DNA of 64,000 nt, from the NCBI RefSeq assembly GCF_009914755.1, contig NC_060926.1, one strand, 5' to 3'. A model generated the notes under the pieces. That model saw only the letters and a program-made list of their open reading frames with translations, searched no databases and was not told the origin of the DNA. This document shows, in pieces, positions 1-14,616 of the stretch. This stretch comes from the human T2T-CHM13v2.0 reference genome, Homo sapiens. The position numbers and the translations under genes are program-made. Position 1 is the stretch's first letter, and each line of letters starts with the position of its first letter.

Positions 1-620
1 CAGTTACTTGTACGGGTTCCTAATATCAGGAGATAGCAAAATTATTAAATGATTGTCAAGTGATGGCAATATCACAGTATTTGATTATCAGAGTATTTGA
101 TTTGATTCAGCTTATTTAGAGTCTGTATTTAATTTCTGCACTCTTCTGAGGAGAAATTTTTTTAATCTTCTGATTTTTATATTCTTGAATAAATGCTTTA
201 ACCCATTTTACCTTCATTATCATTAATTACTTATGATGAAGTATTTACCTTCATTATTATTAAATACATATAGTAAAGTATGTTTTCAATGGGTAGAAAA
301 ATAAACATTTTCATTATATTCAAGGTCTATGACACTGATATAGTGGCTTCTAGATTTTATGCTATATAGAGTAAATATAGACCCATTCCTAAAGTACTCC
401 CTTGAGTCTGAGAAATAAAATGATTGTATTTTATACAAATTTTTACTGTTTCCCTAATAAATATTTTCTTTTTAAGCAGTATCTTAATAACCTATTAAAT
501 GAGGATTTAAAAATTAGATATAGACTACTATTTTGGTAGAAAGTCAAGGAATGAACTTCTTAATATTATATGTTAAATGTATAGAAATAACCCACTAAAA
601 TATCTTTTATTCTGATACAG

Positions 621-675
621 AAAGTGGTGGAAGAAAGCTGAATGAAAATAAAGCTTTGACTTCAAAAAAAGCAAG
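621..675 (+). CDS. CRIPT: CRIPT coding exon (exon 3), (E)SGGRKLNENKALTSKKA(R)
   Basis: tttattctgatacAG acceptor and AAG|GTGGGT donor; 55 nt; translation matches recalled CRIPT protein and phases correctly into the next exon. Confidence 0.97.
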
Positions 676-954
676 GTGGGTAAGAGGATCCATCGATGGG
701 TCACATAAATTTCCTTCTTTTAGTATTAAGTCTGCTGGAGTGAATTTGATGTGCATCATTCCATTTGCAATAAAACAGAGTTAGGTGGTTCCTAGCACTC
801 AGAACCAAGCTATCTGTTATAATCCTGCTGGTTTTACCTTATTCCTCCTCACTGTATCAATATATGAAGATATTAGTGTTATTCTCTTACAGTTTCACCA
901 GAAAACATGACTTTTATTTTATCTCCTTCTTAATTATCTTATGAATCAGAGACA

Positions 955-1090
955 GCAGGCAAATGTGGAAAGATCATAAGCTTTGGAGTCAGACCTAAAT
1001 TTGAATCTAGACTCACTGTCTAGCCTTATGACCTTAAGCAAGTTAAGCATGTTTCGTGACCTTTCTAAACTTTACTTTTTCCTGAGAATT
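955..1090 (+). mobile_element. MIR SINE fragment
   Basis: gctttggagtcagacctaaatttgaatc...tgaccttaagcaagtta resembles the MIR core. Confidence 0.7.
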
Positions 1091-1160
1091 GCGTAAAAAG
1101 TGTCCCATCTTAAAAACAAGTGTTTGATACCACACTTTATTATATCCAGCTTAAAAATTC

Positions 1161-1452
1161 GGCTGGGTAAGGTGACTCACACCTGTAATCCTAGCACTTT
1201 GGGAAGCCAAGGCAGACAGATTATCTGAGCCCAGGAGTTTGAGAGCAGCCTGGGCAACATGTGAAACCCTGTCCTACAAAGGACAGAAAAATTAACTGGG
1301 TGTGGCAGCACGCGCCTGTAGTCCCAGCTACTCAGGAGGCAGACGTGGGAGGATCACTTGATCCCAGGGAGGTCAAGGCTGCAGTGAGCCAGGATCGCAC
1401 TACTGATCTCCAGCCTGGGTTGACAGAGTGAGAGTCTCTTTCAGAAAAAAAA
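1161..1452 (+). mobile_element. Alu (AluJ-like)
   Basis: Full dimeric Alu, diverged, with ggaggatcacttga/gaggtcaaggctgcagtgag J-type positions. Confidence 0.9.
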
Positions 1453-1469
1453 TTTCGTGAACCCTTTCA

Positions 1470-2702
1470 TCTGCCATCTGATTTCTTTGCTCCCCTTCAC
1501 ATCAGAAGTTTTCCAAAGTCTTACCTAGACACTTTTTCAGTGTCCTTAAGTTCCTTTCCCTCCTTCAGCCACTCTAGTCATGTGTTATCCCCACAACAGC
1601 CCTGAAACTGTTCTTGTCGAGATCACAAGTGACCTTTTAGAGTGACTTCAATCTACTGGCTTTAAATTCAAGCTATATGTTATATATATATATATGTAAT
1701 AATATTATTATATATATATTATAATATTATTATATATATATAACTCCCAAATTTATACCTCTGGCCTGACTTCTCTGAGCTCTAAACGTATATCTAGCAG
1801 TTTATCTGACATACCTCATTTAATGTCTAACAGGCCACTTCTTTTTCCTTCCGTCTTCTCATCATAGTAGCACCACTCTCTAATCCACTTGTTCAAGCCT
1901 AAAAGCTAGAATTCCTCACTGAGTCCTCCCTTTCCCCTACTTCCCCTATCCATCAGCAAGTTCTTTGGATCTACCTCCAAAACGTAAAATGTAACCTGAA
2001 ACCACCTGCTTCTGTACATCTCACTGCTATTACCCTTTTCCAAACCACTGTTATTTCTTACTTGGAACTGTAATAACTATTGAACTATCTTCCTGCTTCT
2101 CTAGTTTCCCGCAGTTGTCTCATAGTAACGAGAGTGATCCTTTACAAAGTTCCTTTGCTTAAAATCCGCCACTGGTTTTCTTTTTCACATAGAATAAAAT
2201 TTAAGCCCCCTACCATGTTCTTACAAGGTCCTCCTTAATATGACCCCTCCCACCTCTCCGGCTTCGTATTGTACCACACTGCTCCTCATTCATCATATGC
2301 TGTCTTTATTAGTTCTGCCAAGCCCACTCCCATCCAAAGAGATTTGTACTTGCTGCTGTCTCCTAGGAGTCTTCCGTTAGAGCTTACGTATCTGCCTCCT
2401 TCTTGCTGTTTGGGTCTCAGCTTCAGAGAAGTTTCCCTAATCAGCATCTAAACTAATCTCTTCTTTCCTTTTCCTCATCTCTGCCTTAGTATCCTGTTAG
2501 AATTTTCTCTATAATACTACTATTTGAAAACCTTGCTTGTTTTATTAGATTGTCTGTTTCCTTACTTACTGTTTACCTCTTCTCACTACAATATTATCTG
2601 ATGAGGGCAAGGGCTTTGCCTATCATGTTCATCTTTGGTATTTAGAACAGTAAATACCATGTAATATTAAGCACTCAGTATATATTTGCTGAATGAATAA
2701 AT
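1470..2702 (+). mobile_element. L2 LINE 3' fragment (L2a-like)
   Basis: Pyrimidine-rich L2 motifs (ctcccaaatttata, ttgcttaaaatcc, catagaataaaat) ending in tatttgctgaatgaataaat. Confidence 0.75.
1674..1742. repeat. (TA)n-rich low-complexity repeat inside L2
   Basis: Read directly from the sequence. Confidence 0.9.
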
Positions 2703-3081
2703 ACCTGTTTTCTGATGTCATCCCAAGGATTAGAAATAACAACAATAAAGCCTTAACTACATACAGTGCCTAGCACATAATAGCATCTTTAATGCAGATT
2801 CACACTATATATTATTGACTGACTTATTGAGGTCTTTGAGAACCATTCTGTTTTTATTGACTGAGCTATTATTTGTACAGATTTTATGCTTTTATATACT
2901 TCCAGTTCCTTTATGCTCTCAAACTTACTCTGATATCATTAAAAAGTAGCTGTAACTCTTGGGTACTCTCTTACTTTGGAAAATGTACTACAGTATTGCT
3001 TGGAATCTATGGTACTGTTATTTATAAGATGCATTGTTACTTTAAGAAAAAACTCTGCCAGTTTTAAGATTTCCAAGGTTA

Positions 3082-3425
<344 letters not shown>

Positions 3426-3525
3426 TTAAGAAAAAATAGCCTCTGGAAATACATGTCCAAACAAATTGAACTTATTGAAAGGAAGAAGAGTACCTATCTT
3501 TTGTGGGGAGTAAAGTGATATTCTC

Positions 3526-3913
<388 letters not shown>

Positions 3914-4757
3914 CTAGTATATGAGGATCATTACAAAAACTCATTTTGTAAAAATGTTAGGGAAGCACATTTAAATCAGAGTATTATTGCCATTTTAGGG
4001 GAAAGTATTTCTTTTTTTCACTCCTGTCACTATAAGATGGCATTTTTATATAGTGGAAGCCCTTTTATCTAAAAGGATTGAGTCAGTTAATTAAAAATGT
4101 CAGCTAATGTAAGCAGTCATTAAAAGATACACATACTTTATTTTAAATTAAAGCGCATAACTGTAGATGCATTAATCATTTGGTATTGAAACAAAGCCTT
4201 TTGAGCATAAATCGACTGATAAGTGCTTTACATGATTGTCGTCACAAAAATCACAATCAGAATATGTTCAGTTTCTTTAAAGTAGAGCAAAAATTGATGC
4301 TTGAGGTGTGGAGTTACTTTCCTAGTGATTTTCCCCCAGTTTTCAACAGTTGTCTTACCCATACCTAATTCAATAGCAATTCATATGATTCCTAGTCATC
4401 CTAAAATAGTCACTTAGGTTATATGGAATCAGTCACTCTTTTTGCACCCACATTTCATCAGTTTCCATAATATTTATGTCACACAAATAGAATGACAGAT
4501 ACGACTGATATGAACACGTCAAGAATAAATACTGTACAACTGATTCTTTATAAGTATATATCTCACATGGATGGAGCAGAGCAGAGATGTACAGGCATAT
4601 CAGACAGTAGCCATCTGGAATAGGCTAAACCCATCAATTGTAGAGGTTGATGGAGGGATGGAGAGCATGGATTAATCCTGTGTGTTGCGTAAGTGGGGTT
4701 ATTTAAGAGTGTTTCTAGTGTAATATACAATTTTCTCTCTTTAAAAAAAATTTCTAG

Positions 4758-4861
4758 ATTTGATCCATATGGAAAGAATAAGTTCTCCACTTGTAGAATT
4801 TGTAAAAGTTCTGTGCACCAACCAGGTTCTCATTACTGCCAGGGCTGTGCCTACAAAAAAG
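4758..4861 (+). CDS. CRIPT: CRIPT coding exon (exon 4), (R)FDPYGKNKFSTCRICKSSVHQPGSHYCQGCAYKK(G)
   Basis: tttctAG acceptor and G|GTAAGT donor; 104 nt; two CxxC motifs; seen in ORF 4693..4917. Confidence 0.98.
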
Positions 4862-5156
4862 GTAAGTTTCTTTTAATACCGTTTTCTATTCATAAAACCG
4901 ACTTCATTTGCTGCTAATTTGGTTAACAGAAAAGATGTAGCCTGTCATAAATTCTGTTAGCCAAACACTCTCTTTATCCTAAGGCAAAATAGAACCTAAA
5001 ACCTGTTTATAATTAAAATTATATATATATATATATTTTTTTTTTCTTTTCTTTTCTTTCCTGATGCTGTTAAATTATGTTTTAAGCTTCAGGATTGACT
5101 TAAACCAAACAGTTGGTATTATGATTTGATTGATCACATATCTTCTTTTGTTTCAG

Positions 5157-5221
5157 GCATCTGTGCGATGTGTGGAAAAAAGGTTTTGGATACCAAAAAC
5201 TACAAGCAAACATCTGTCTAG
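5157..5221 (+). CDS. CRIPT: CRIPT last coding exon (exon 5), (G)ICAMCGKKVLDTKNYKQTSV*
   Basis: tcttcttttgtttcAG acceptor; TAG at 5219-5221; C-terminal QTSV is the known class I PDZ ligand of CRIPT (binds PSD-95 PDZ3). Confidence 0.98.
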
Positions 5222-5836
5222 ATGTATTGATGGAATTTCTGGCTTTCTAAATGATTTTACTTTCTGCCTTGAATTTTCAAGGCATAGATGTCAACTTACA
5301 GAATAACATGTTTTAAGATAATTAAGTTTAAACCAGAGAATTTGATTGTTACTCATTTTGCTCTCATGTTCTAAACAGCAACAGTGTAACTAGTCTTTTG
5401 TTGTAAATGGTTATTTTCCTTATAAGAATTTTAAGAACTAAGTGGCAAATTCCATGAAAATATTTCTCAGTTCTGTATGCACTTTTATTTAACATTATTC
5501 ATATAATTCTCCCCCCACCACTTTATTTATAGATACTGCAAAAGTGAGAAGGAGATAATAGATACTTTGCTCTGAATTTGGCATCCAGAGTTAACATTTC
5601 TCCCCTCACTCCCTTGCTGGTGTCATAGTTATTAGAATCAGCAGCCTCTTAACTAATTGCGGTTTCATAGGATATATAAATGTTTCAAGCCATTATTGCT
5701 GAATGGTTCTTTAGTTATTAACCTAGACCCAAATCAAAGACCAGTTGGATTTATGATATTTTTTATTTGTTCTTGCAGCCAAAGTGCCAGTTTCTTTAAT
5801 ATGTGACCAAGAACACAAGGAGCATCCATATGGCCA

Positions 5837-5842
5837 AATAAA
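5837..5842 (+). terminator. Polyadenylation signal AATAAA (first)
   Basis: Canonical hexamer in the CRIPT 3' UTR. Confidence 0.55.
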
Positions 5843-5929
5843 TACACTGAATTTTAGAAAAACATATTACTTTGAATTCAAATTGTCATGAAAACCAGAA
5901 CAGTGTTTGTCCATGTTGCATGTAATGAA

Positions 5930-5935
5930 AATAAA
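5930..5935 (+). terminator. Polyadenylation signal AATAAA (second)
   Basis: Canonical hexamer with TGTA at 5921 just upstream and a T-run at 5976-5993 downstream. Confidence 0.65.
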
Positions 5936-6058
5936 TCCCTGCTCTGAGAAAAGCTCTTTGAAGCAAAAACCAAACTTTTTTTTTTTTTTTTTTACCTCCT
6001 GTCTTGCCCCCTAAAAGAAATAAATAGAGCAAACATCTTGACTCTCCCTTTTTAAAAT

Positions 6059-6363
6059 TTGTTTGTTTTTTTTTTTTTTTTTTGGATACAAGAGCTCACT
6101 CTGTTGCCCAGGGTGGAGTGCAGAGGTATCATCAGGCTCTCTGCAGCCTCCATCTGCTGGGCTCAAGCAATTCTTCCCCCTCAGCCTCCTAAGTAGCTGG
6201 GGACTACAGGCGTGTGCCACTGTGCTCAGCTAGTTTTTATTTTTAGTAGAGATGAGGACTCACTATGTTGCCCAAGCTGTTCTCGAACTTCTGATCTCAA
6301 GCAATCCTCTGGCCTCAGCCTTCCGAAGTGCTGGGATACAGGTGTGAGCCACAGAACTTGGCC
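6059..6363 (-). mobile_element. Alu (AluJ-like)
   Basis: Poly-T followed by antisense Alu body ending ttggcc. Confidence 0.9.
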
Positions 6364-6366
6364 TCT

Positions 6367-6401
<35 letters not shown>

Positions 6402-7821
6402 CTACAGGTTTCAAATGAATACTTTTCTTATGTTGCCTTCAGAGGTTCAGGACTTCTGCTTTTAAAACCTGCAGCCTACCGTGGGAAACCAAAAAAGCAT
6501 TCCCTATTTCCAACTGCAGTATGTATAAATACATATCACTACAAAATGTATAGAAAGTGTGATGAGATACATGAATGGCATTTTTATTGGTCATAACATT
6601 TTGATGAAAAGCATTTAAAGTTTTAACTTTATAAGGCTTTTCAAAATGTGTTTTTCTGAGATACATTGTTATTTATTCATATCCAGAAAAATTACAAGGA
6701 TAATACAGAATATAATAAATAATTTATCTGAGAGCAGGAAGTATCCTCTCATGCTTAATCAGTTTGGGGTTTTTAATTATAACACAGGAAACTCATAACA
6801 GGACCTGGTCAGAGAGCATCCCAGATCCATTAAAGATTGGATTCATTGACTTGGAGAAAAGTACATTTCTCAGGGATCAGCTAGAATCTGGACTTGCCTA
6901 ACTCACATTTCATTTTTTTTGTTGTTGTTGTTGTTTTTATAATTTCAACTTTTATTTTAGATGTAGGGGTACATGTGCAGGTGAGTTATATGGGTATATT
7001 TTGTGATGCTGAGGTTTGGGGTACAAATGATCCTGTCACCCAGGTAGTGAGCATAGAGTCCAACAGGTGGTTTTTCACCCCTTCCCTCCCCTCTTCCCTC
7101 CAGTAGTCCCCTATGTCTGTTCTCATTTTTATGTCCATGTGTACCCATTGCTTAGTTCCCACTGATAAGTGAGAACATGCGGTCTTTGGTTTTCTGTTCC
7201 TGTGTATATTCACTATAATGACCTCCAGCTGCATCCATGTTGCTGCAAAAGACATGATTTTCATTCTTTTTTATGGCTGCATAGTATTCTGTGGTGTATA
7301 TGTACCAATTTTCTTTATCCAGTCCACTATTAATGAGCATCTAGGTTGATTCTGTGTCTTTGCTGTTGTGAATAGTGCTGTGATGAATATGTGAGTGTAT
7401 GTGTCTTTTTGGTAGAACAATTTATTTTCATTTGGATTTATATCCAGTCATGGGATTGCTGGTTCAAATGGTAGTTCTGTTTTAACTTCTTTGAGAAATC
7501 TCCAAACTGCTTTCACAGTGGCTGAACTAATTTGCATTTCCATCAGTGTAGGCGCATTCTACACTGCACTGGCTTCTACAGTGTTGAAGCATTCCGTTTT
7601 TCCCACAGCCTCACCAGCATCTGTTATTTTTTTGACTTTTTGATAATAGCCATTCTGACTGGTGTGAGATTGTAACTCATTGTGGTTTTGATTTGCATTT
7701 ATCTGATTAGTAATGTTGAGCATTTTTTCATGTTTGTTAACCGCTTGTATGTTGTCTTTTGAGAAGTGTCTGTTCAAGTCTTTTGGCATTTTTTTAATGG
7801 GTTTTTGTTTGTGTGTGTGTA

Positions 7822-8126
<305 letters not shown>

Positions 8127-8435
8127 ACGAGTTACTTGGTTTTCGTTTTCTGAATTGTTTTAGTTCCTTATAGATTTTGGACATTAGACCTTTTTCAGAT
8201 GCACAGTTTGTGAATATTCTCTCCCATTCTGTAGGTTGTCTGTTTACTGTATTGATAGTTCCTTTTGCGGTGCAGAAGCTCTTTAGTTTGATTAGGTTCC
8301 ACTTGTCAATTTTTGTTTTTGTTGCAATTGCTTTTGAGGACTTAGCCGTAAGTTCTTTCCCATAGCTGATGTCCAGATGTTATTTCGTAGGTTTTCTTCT
8401 AGGACTCTTATAGCTTGAAGTCTTACATTTAAATC

Positions 8436-8738
8436 TTTTTTTTTTTTTTTCCCCAAAGACAGAGTCTCCTTCTGTTGCCCAGGCTGGAGTACAGTGGTAC
8501 AATCTTGGCTCACCACAACCTCCACCTCCCAGGCTCAAGCGATTCTCATGCCTCAGCCTCCCAACCTAACTGGGATTACAGGCACATGCCACCACGCCTG
8601 GCTAATTTTTCTATTTTTAGTAGGAATGGGGTTTTACCATGTTGGCCAGGCTGGTCTTGAATTCCGAGCCTCAAGTGATCCACCCACCTCAGTCTCCCAA
8701 AGTGCTGGGATTACAGGCATGAGCCACTGCACCCGGCC
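8436..8738 (-). mobile_element. Alu inserted in L1
   Basis: Antisense Alu flanked by cttaYatttaaatcttt duplication. Confidence 0.9.
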
Positions 8739-9099
8739 CCTTATATTTAAATCTTTAATCTATCTTGAGGTAATTTTATATATATGGTGAAAGGGGTCCA
8801 GTTTGAGTCTTCTGCATATGGCTAGACAGCTGTTCCAGCACCATTTATTGAATTAGGGAATCCTTTCTCTGTTGCTTATTTTTGTTAACTTTGTCAAAGG
8901 TCAGATGGCTGTAGGTGTGTAGCTTTATTTCTGTCTGTTCCATTCCATTGGTCTATGGGTCTGTTTTTATATCTGTACCATGCTGTTTTGGTTACTGTAG
9001 CTTCCTTATAGTATAGTTTAACTCAGGTAATGTGATACCTCAGCTTTGTTTTATTTGCTTAGGATTGATTTTTTGGTTCCATATGAATTTTAGAATGGA

Positions 9100-9402
<303 letters not shown>

Positions 9403-10269
9403 AGGATTTTTCTAATTCTGTGAAAAATGATGTTTGTAGTTTGATAGGAATAGCATTGAATCTGTGGATTGCTTTGGGCAGTATGGCCATTTTAATGATA
9501 TTGATTCTTCTAGCTCATGAGCTTGGAATGTTTTTCCATTTGTTTGTGTCATCTCTGATTTCTTTCAGCGTGTTTTGTAGTTCTTGTCCAGCTCACATTT
9601 TATCTTCATACTTTGAGTAGCCTCCTTCCATGAATGGATCATCCAGTGGCCGCACTTAGGTTCTCCTATGAAGATTTTTGTTGTATTGTACCTCAGAACC
9701 ATCTCCATATTCTCTAAATAATAATAATGATGGTCATAAATTGAATAGAAGTATTTACTAGATGAGGAGGAAAACCCTAAAACAAAACATGAACATAAAA
9801 TATTTTTAAAAGGAAGACATACAAACAGACACTATAACCAAATAAGATGACAGAATTAAGGCCTTATGCCACAGCCAGAGTTGAAAAATGCAGAAAAAAA
9901 GTTTAAAAACAAGGAATTAAAGCCAAACCTAACTTTTATCAAAATAAATGTAAAAGTGATGAAAGAATCTGTTAAGATATCAGATTGTAATATAAAAGAT
10001 ACTAGAAACAAATGCCAATAGAACACTTAAGTACATTTTATATATTCATCCATTAGAATATATAGCTGTCAGAATGATAGAAGAATTACATATGTGTGCA
10101 AAAGTTTTTGTATCCATGTGGAAAACACAGGAAGCTAATAGTACTGTTTTTCTCTGGAGTGGGTGTAAGGGTAGAGACTTAACTCTTTACATCCTTATGG
10201 CAGCCTTCGAATACCTTTTAACTCCCAGTTCCCTTAACTGGGGGTGTGTATCCTAGAATCCTCGACCCA

Positions 10270-12300
10270 TTAGAAAGTATATTGTAGACATCATACTCTT
10301 TACCCTTTAACACTACACATGCACTTCATAAGAACAAGCATGCTGTCTTACCCAAGTACAGCTATCAAGTTCAGAAATTTAACATTGCCATAATACTTTA
10401 CAGTCCATATTTCAATTTCATTTGCTGTTTTATTGGTAATTTTTTTCAGCTCCACGATCCAGCCTAGGATCATATGTTGTATTGCCATAACCCTCTAATC
10501 TGGAGCAGTTCCTCAGCTTTTCTTTGTTTTTTATAATAGTAATATATTTGAAAAATACAGGACAGCTAAAGGATAGAGTATCCTTCTATTTGGGTTTTTC
10601 TGATGTTTCCTCATGGTTAGATTGGGGTAGTGCAGTGAGGGTTGAAATGCTGTAAGTGATATGTATTGCAGGTATACATCCAGATGCACAGAATGTCCAT
10701 TTGTCCCTTATTGGTGATGCTAATTTTGATCACTTGGGTAAGATGTCCAGTTTCTCCAGTGTATCGTTATTGTTTTTCCTTTTGCAATTAGTGGGTAATT
10801 TGTGAGGAGAAACTTTGAGACCTTGTTGACAATTCTGTTCCTCATCAAATCTACCCCTCCTAGGTTTAGCATCCTTTGACGATTCTTGTCTGAATAAATT
10901 TTTACTAGGATGTTTCCAAAATTGTGATTGTTCTAACTCTATTATTATTTCTGTATTAATTAGTCATCATTCTACTGTAAGGAAGAGGTTTCCCTTTATC
11001 ATCAACTTCGAGTAAGTACTTTTTTCTGAGCCATTTGAATATTCCTTACTAGATGTGGTGCCTCTTTACCCCAATTACTTAAGTTTGTATTTCCAAAGAA
11101 CAAGGGTGTTTTCCTGCATAGCCATAGCACAATTACCAAAATCAGAAAATTAACATTAATACTTTACTATTATCAAATCTTTTTCATATTTTGCTAATTG
11201 TTTCAGTAATATGCAAAAAAAAAAAAAAGTCTGATCTGGATCCACTCTGGAGTAACATTACATTTAGTTGTCATGTCTGTAGTCTCATTTATTCTGGAGC
11301 AGTTCTTCAGCCAGTCTTTCAAAATGCCAAGGTTATGGGCCAGTTGTATTTTTTTTTTTAATTTCAACTTTTATTTTAGACTCAGGGAGTATATGTGCAA
11401 GTTTGTTACATGGGTATATTGCGTGATGCTGAGGTTTGGGGCACCATTGATCCCGACACCCAGGTAGTGAGCATAGTACCCAATAGGTAGTTTTCCAACC
11501 CTTGCACCTTCCCTCCCTCCCTCCTCTAGTAGTCCTCAGTGTCTATTGTTCCCAACCCGTAGACTTTTTATAGAGTAACTCTTAATCTGGGTTTTTCTGG
11601 TATTTCTTGATGATTAGACTGAGCTTATACATTTTTGGCGGGGATACCACAGAAATGGCATTGTTCTTTTCAGTGCACCGTATCATGGTGTCAGTTGTCC
11701 CATTACAAGGATGTTAATTTTGATCACTTGTATTAGGTGATATCTGCTATATTACTCTACTGTAAAGTTTCTAATTTTTTACGTTAAGTTAGTAAGCATT
11801 TTGTGGGGAAATACTTTCAGATGATAACTATTTTGTTTCTCAACAAACTTTCACACACTCATTTTAGCATCCAGTGATATTTCTTGGTGGAATTAATTGT
11901 TACTCTGGTGTTGCCAAGTGGGGATTCTTCCAATTGTATTATTATTTCTGTGTTTATTCTGTGGCATTCTACTATAAGGAAAATATTCTACTAAAGCCTT
12001 GGAATCAGCCATTTCTCCAAAGAGCCTTAGTTTCTTTTAGTGGAGAATGGTTTTTAGAAACCATGATCTGAGCCTCCTGGGTTGTCATTGCTTTTAGGCC
12101 CCTTTGACAGAAAGAGCTAGGAAACATGTATTAGAAATCACAAGTTTTCCTGATATCTCCAGTTCCAGTCCAACCGCTACAGGGTTCTTCCTTGCCTTTT
12201 CCTATTCCTTACTTTTATCTTCTTCCACAGTCAAAACCCTGGCACTCAGCATTATCAGTGTATTTGTTCATTCACAAAACTGTGAATGTTTAAAGTGTTA
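10270..12300 (-). mobile_element. Old L1M (L1MC-like) 3'-end fragments, two consecutive copies
   Basis: aagaacaag...aattaacatt...tggagcagttcYtcagc...ttttgatcacttg...cattctact motif series occurs twice (~10.3-11.0 kb and ~11.05-12.0 kb). Confidence 0.65.
11349..11557 (-). mobile_element. Short L1PA15-16/L1PB-like 3' end
   Basis: Same antisense 3' UTR start as the L1 at 6915. Confidence 0.8.
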
Positions 12301-12606
12301 GGTATGTATGCCTTTTGTAATTAAAAATAATTTTAAGTTTAAAAAAAAAAACTCTGGGTAAGCCCACAGGAGTATTACACATGTGAATGTCGTTCATTAA
12401 TATGTTATTATAGAAAACAGCTTGGGAATTTCTGCGCGTGTACTGCTTCCTAGATAAATTAGGCAAATGAGCAAATGGTGCCACTTTTTCAATTCAGACA
12501 GCATTTATTGGACTTCTACATTGTTCTCATCTCTAGCCAGACTGCTGTTATTGGTTCCACAGTTTTTGCTCATAAGCAAGAACTTGATACAGAACCCATC
12601 AAATTA

Positions 12607-12913
<307 letters not shown>

Positions 12914-12982
12914 TTAATGTGGAAGTGTAAAAATAAGATTGACAACAGGAACAAGGAAAATATTTTGAAAGAATAGTAACTA

Positions 12983-13307
<325 letters not shown>

Positions 13308-13516
13308 GAGACCAATTCAAAAGCAATGATTTTAGCAAAAAAAAAGAAAGAAAAAAAAAAGAAACTAGACTAAGGCACTGGGAGAATGGAAGTCAAGGGA
13401 CAGATTTGAAAGACCTAATAATTAAAGATTTGACAGGACTCAGTTACTAAATGTGGGAGGAATGAGAAGGCCTTGCCTGAATCATTGGGTCTCATTTAGA
13501 TTGGTAATAGTAGGTC

Positions 13517-13535
13517 TCTCCACCAGATGGCAATG
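13517..13535 (+). promoter_or_regulatory. CTCF-like motif (forward)
   Basis: TCTCCACCAGATGGCAATG matches the CTCF core CCASYAGRKGGCR. Confidence 0.45.
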
Positions 13536-14130
13536 ATGCTCTTTTCTTAGTTTTTAATTTGCCATGCTAAGAGATTTACAATTACAGCAATTTAAAGATC
13601 AGATAGATAGACAAGTTTCTAACAACTGCCAGAGAAACTTGCTAAACAACAGTAAAAAGCCTGAAAAAATAGGTATATAAACACACTTGTGCATATACAT
13701 ATGGAAATATATATATAATTTTAAAACATGAGTATGATTAAACTATCAAGAGGTAATGATTATCTTCTGAGGCTAGAAAAAAGGGCAAGTACAAATTCAA
13801 AAAAAGTACTAATGCTTGCCCTAGGAATATCCGCCATTCCCTCAGGGTCTAAAGCCTATGCTTTAAAGGGTATCGTATGCGTGGAAGACAGAGCCCAGGA
13901 CTTGAGCAAGTTGAGGAGGTTAGATCAGAGATATGTGCCCAAAGCATGGAGCCCTGAAAAGCAGCAGTTTCAGTGTGTTTACTAGAATATCCCCTCGCAT
14001 ATGATGAGAAAGACAGTGGGAATACTTTTGTATCGTGGCCTTAGCCCCAGGAACAGTGGGAAAGAAAAAAATTGGAAACCTCTCCAAAAACTTAGGCACA
14101 AAGATCCAATGATAGAAAATATGACAAACA

Positions 14131-14616
<486 letters not shown>

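Larger units (their letters stand above)
5222..5960 (+). other. CRIPT: CRIPT 3' UTR (proximal form; end approximate)
   Basis: AT-rich non-repeat sequence from the stop codon to the AATAAA signals. Confidence 0.8.

Noticed and set aside
4693-4757. N-terminal part of ORF 4693..4917
   Set aside because: Intronic read-in upstream of the exon-4 acceptor, with a non-ATG start; only 4758-4861 is CRIPT coding
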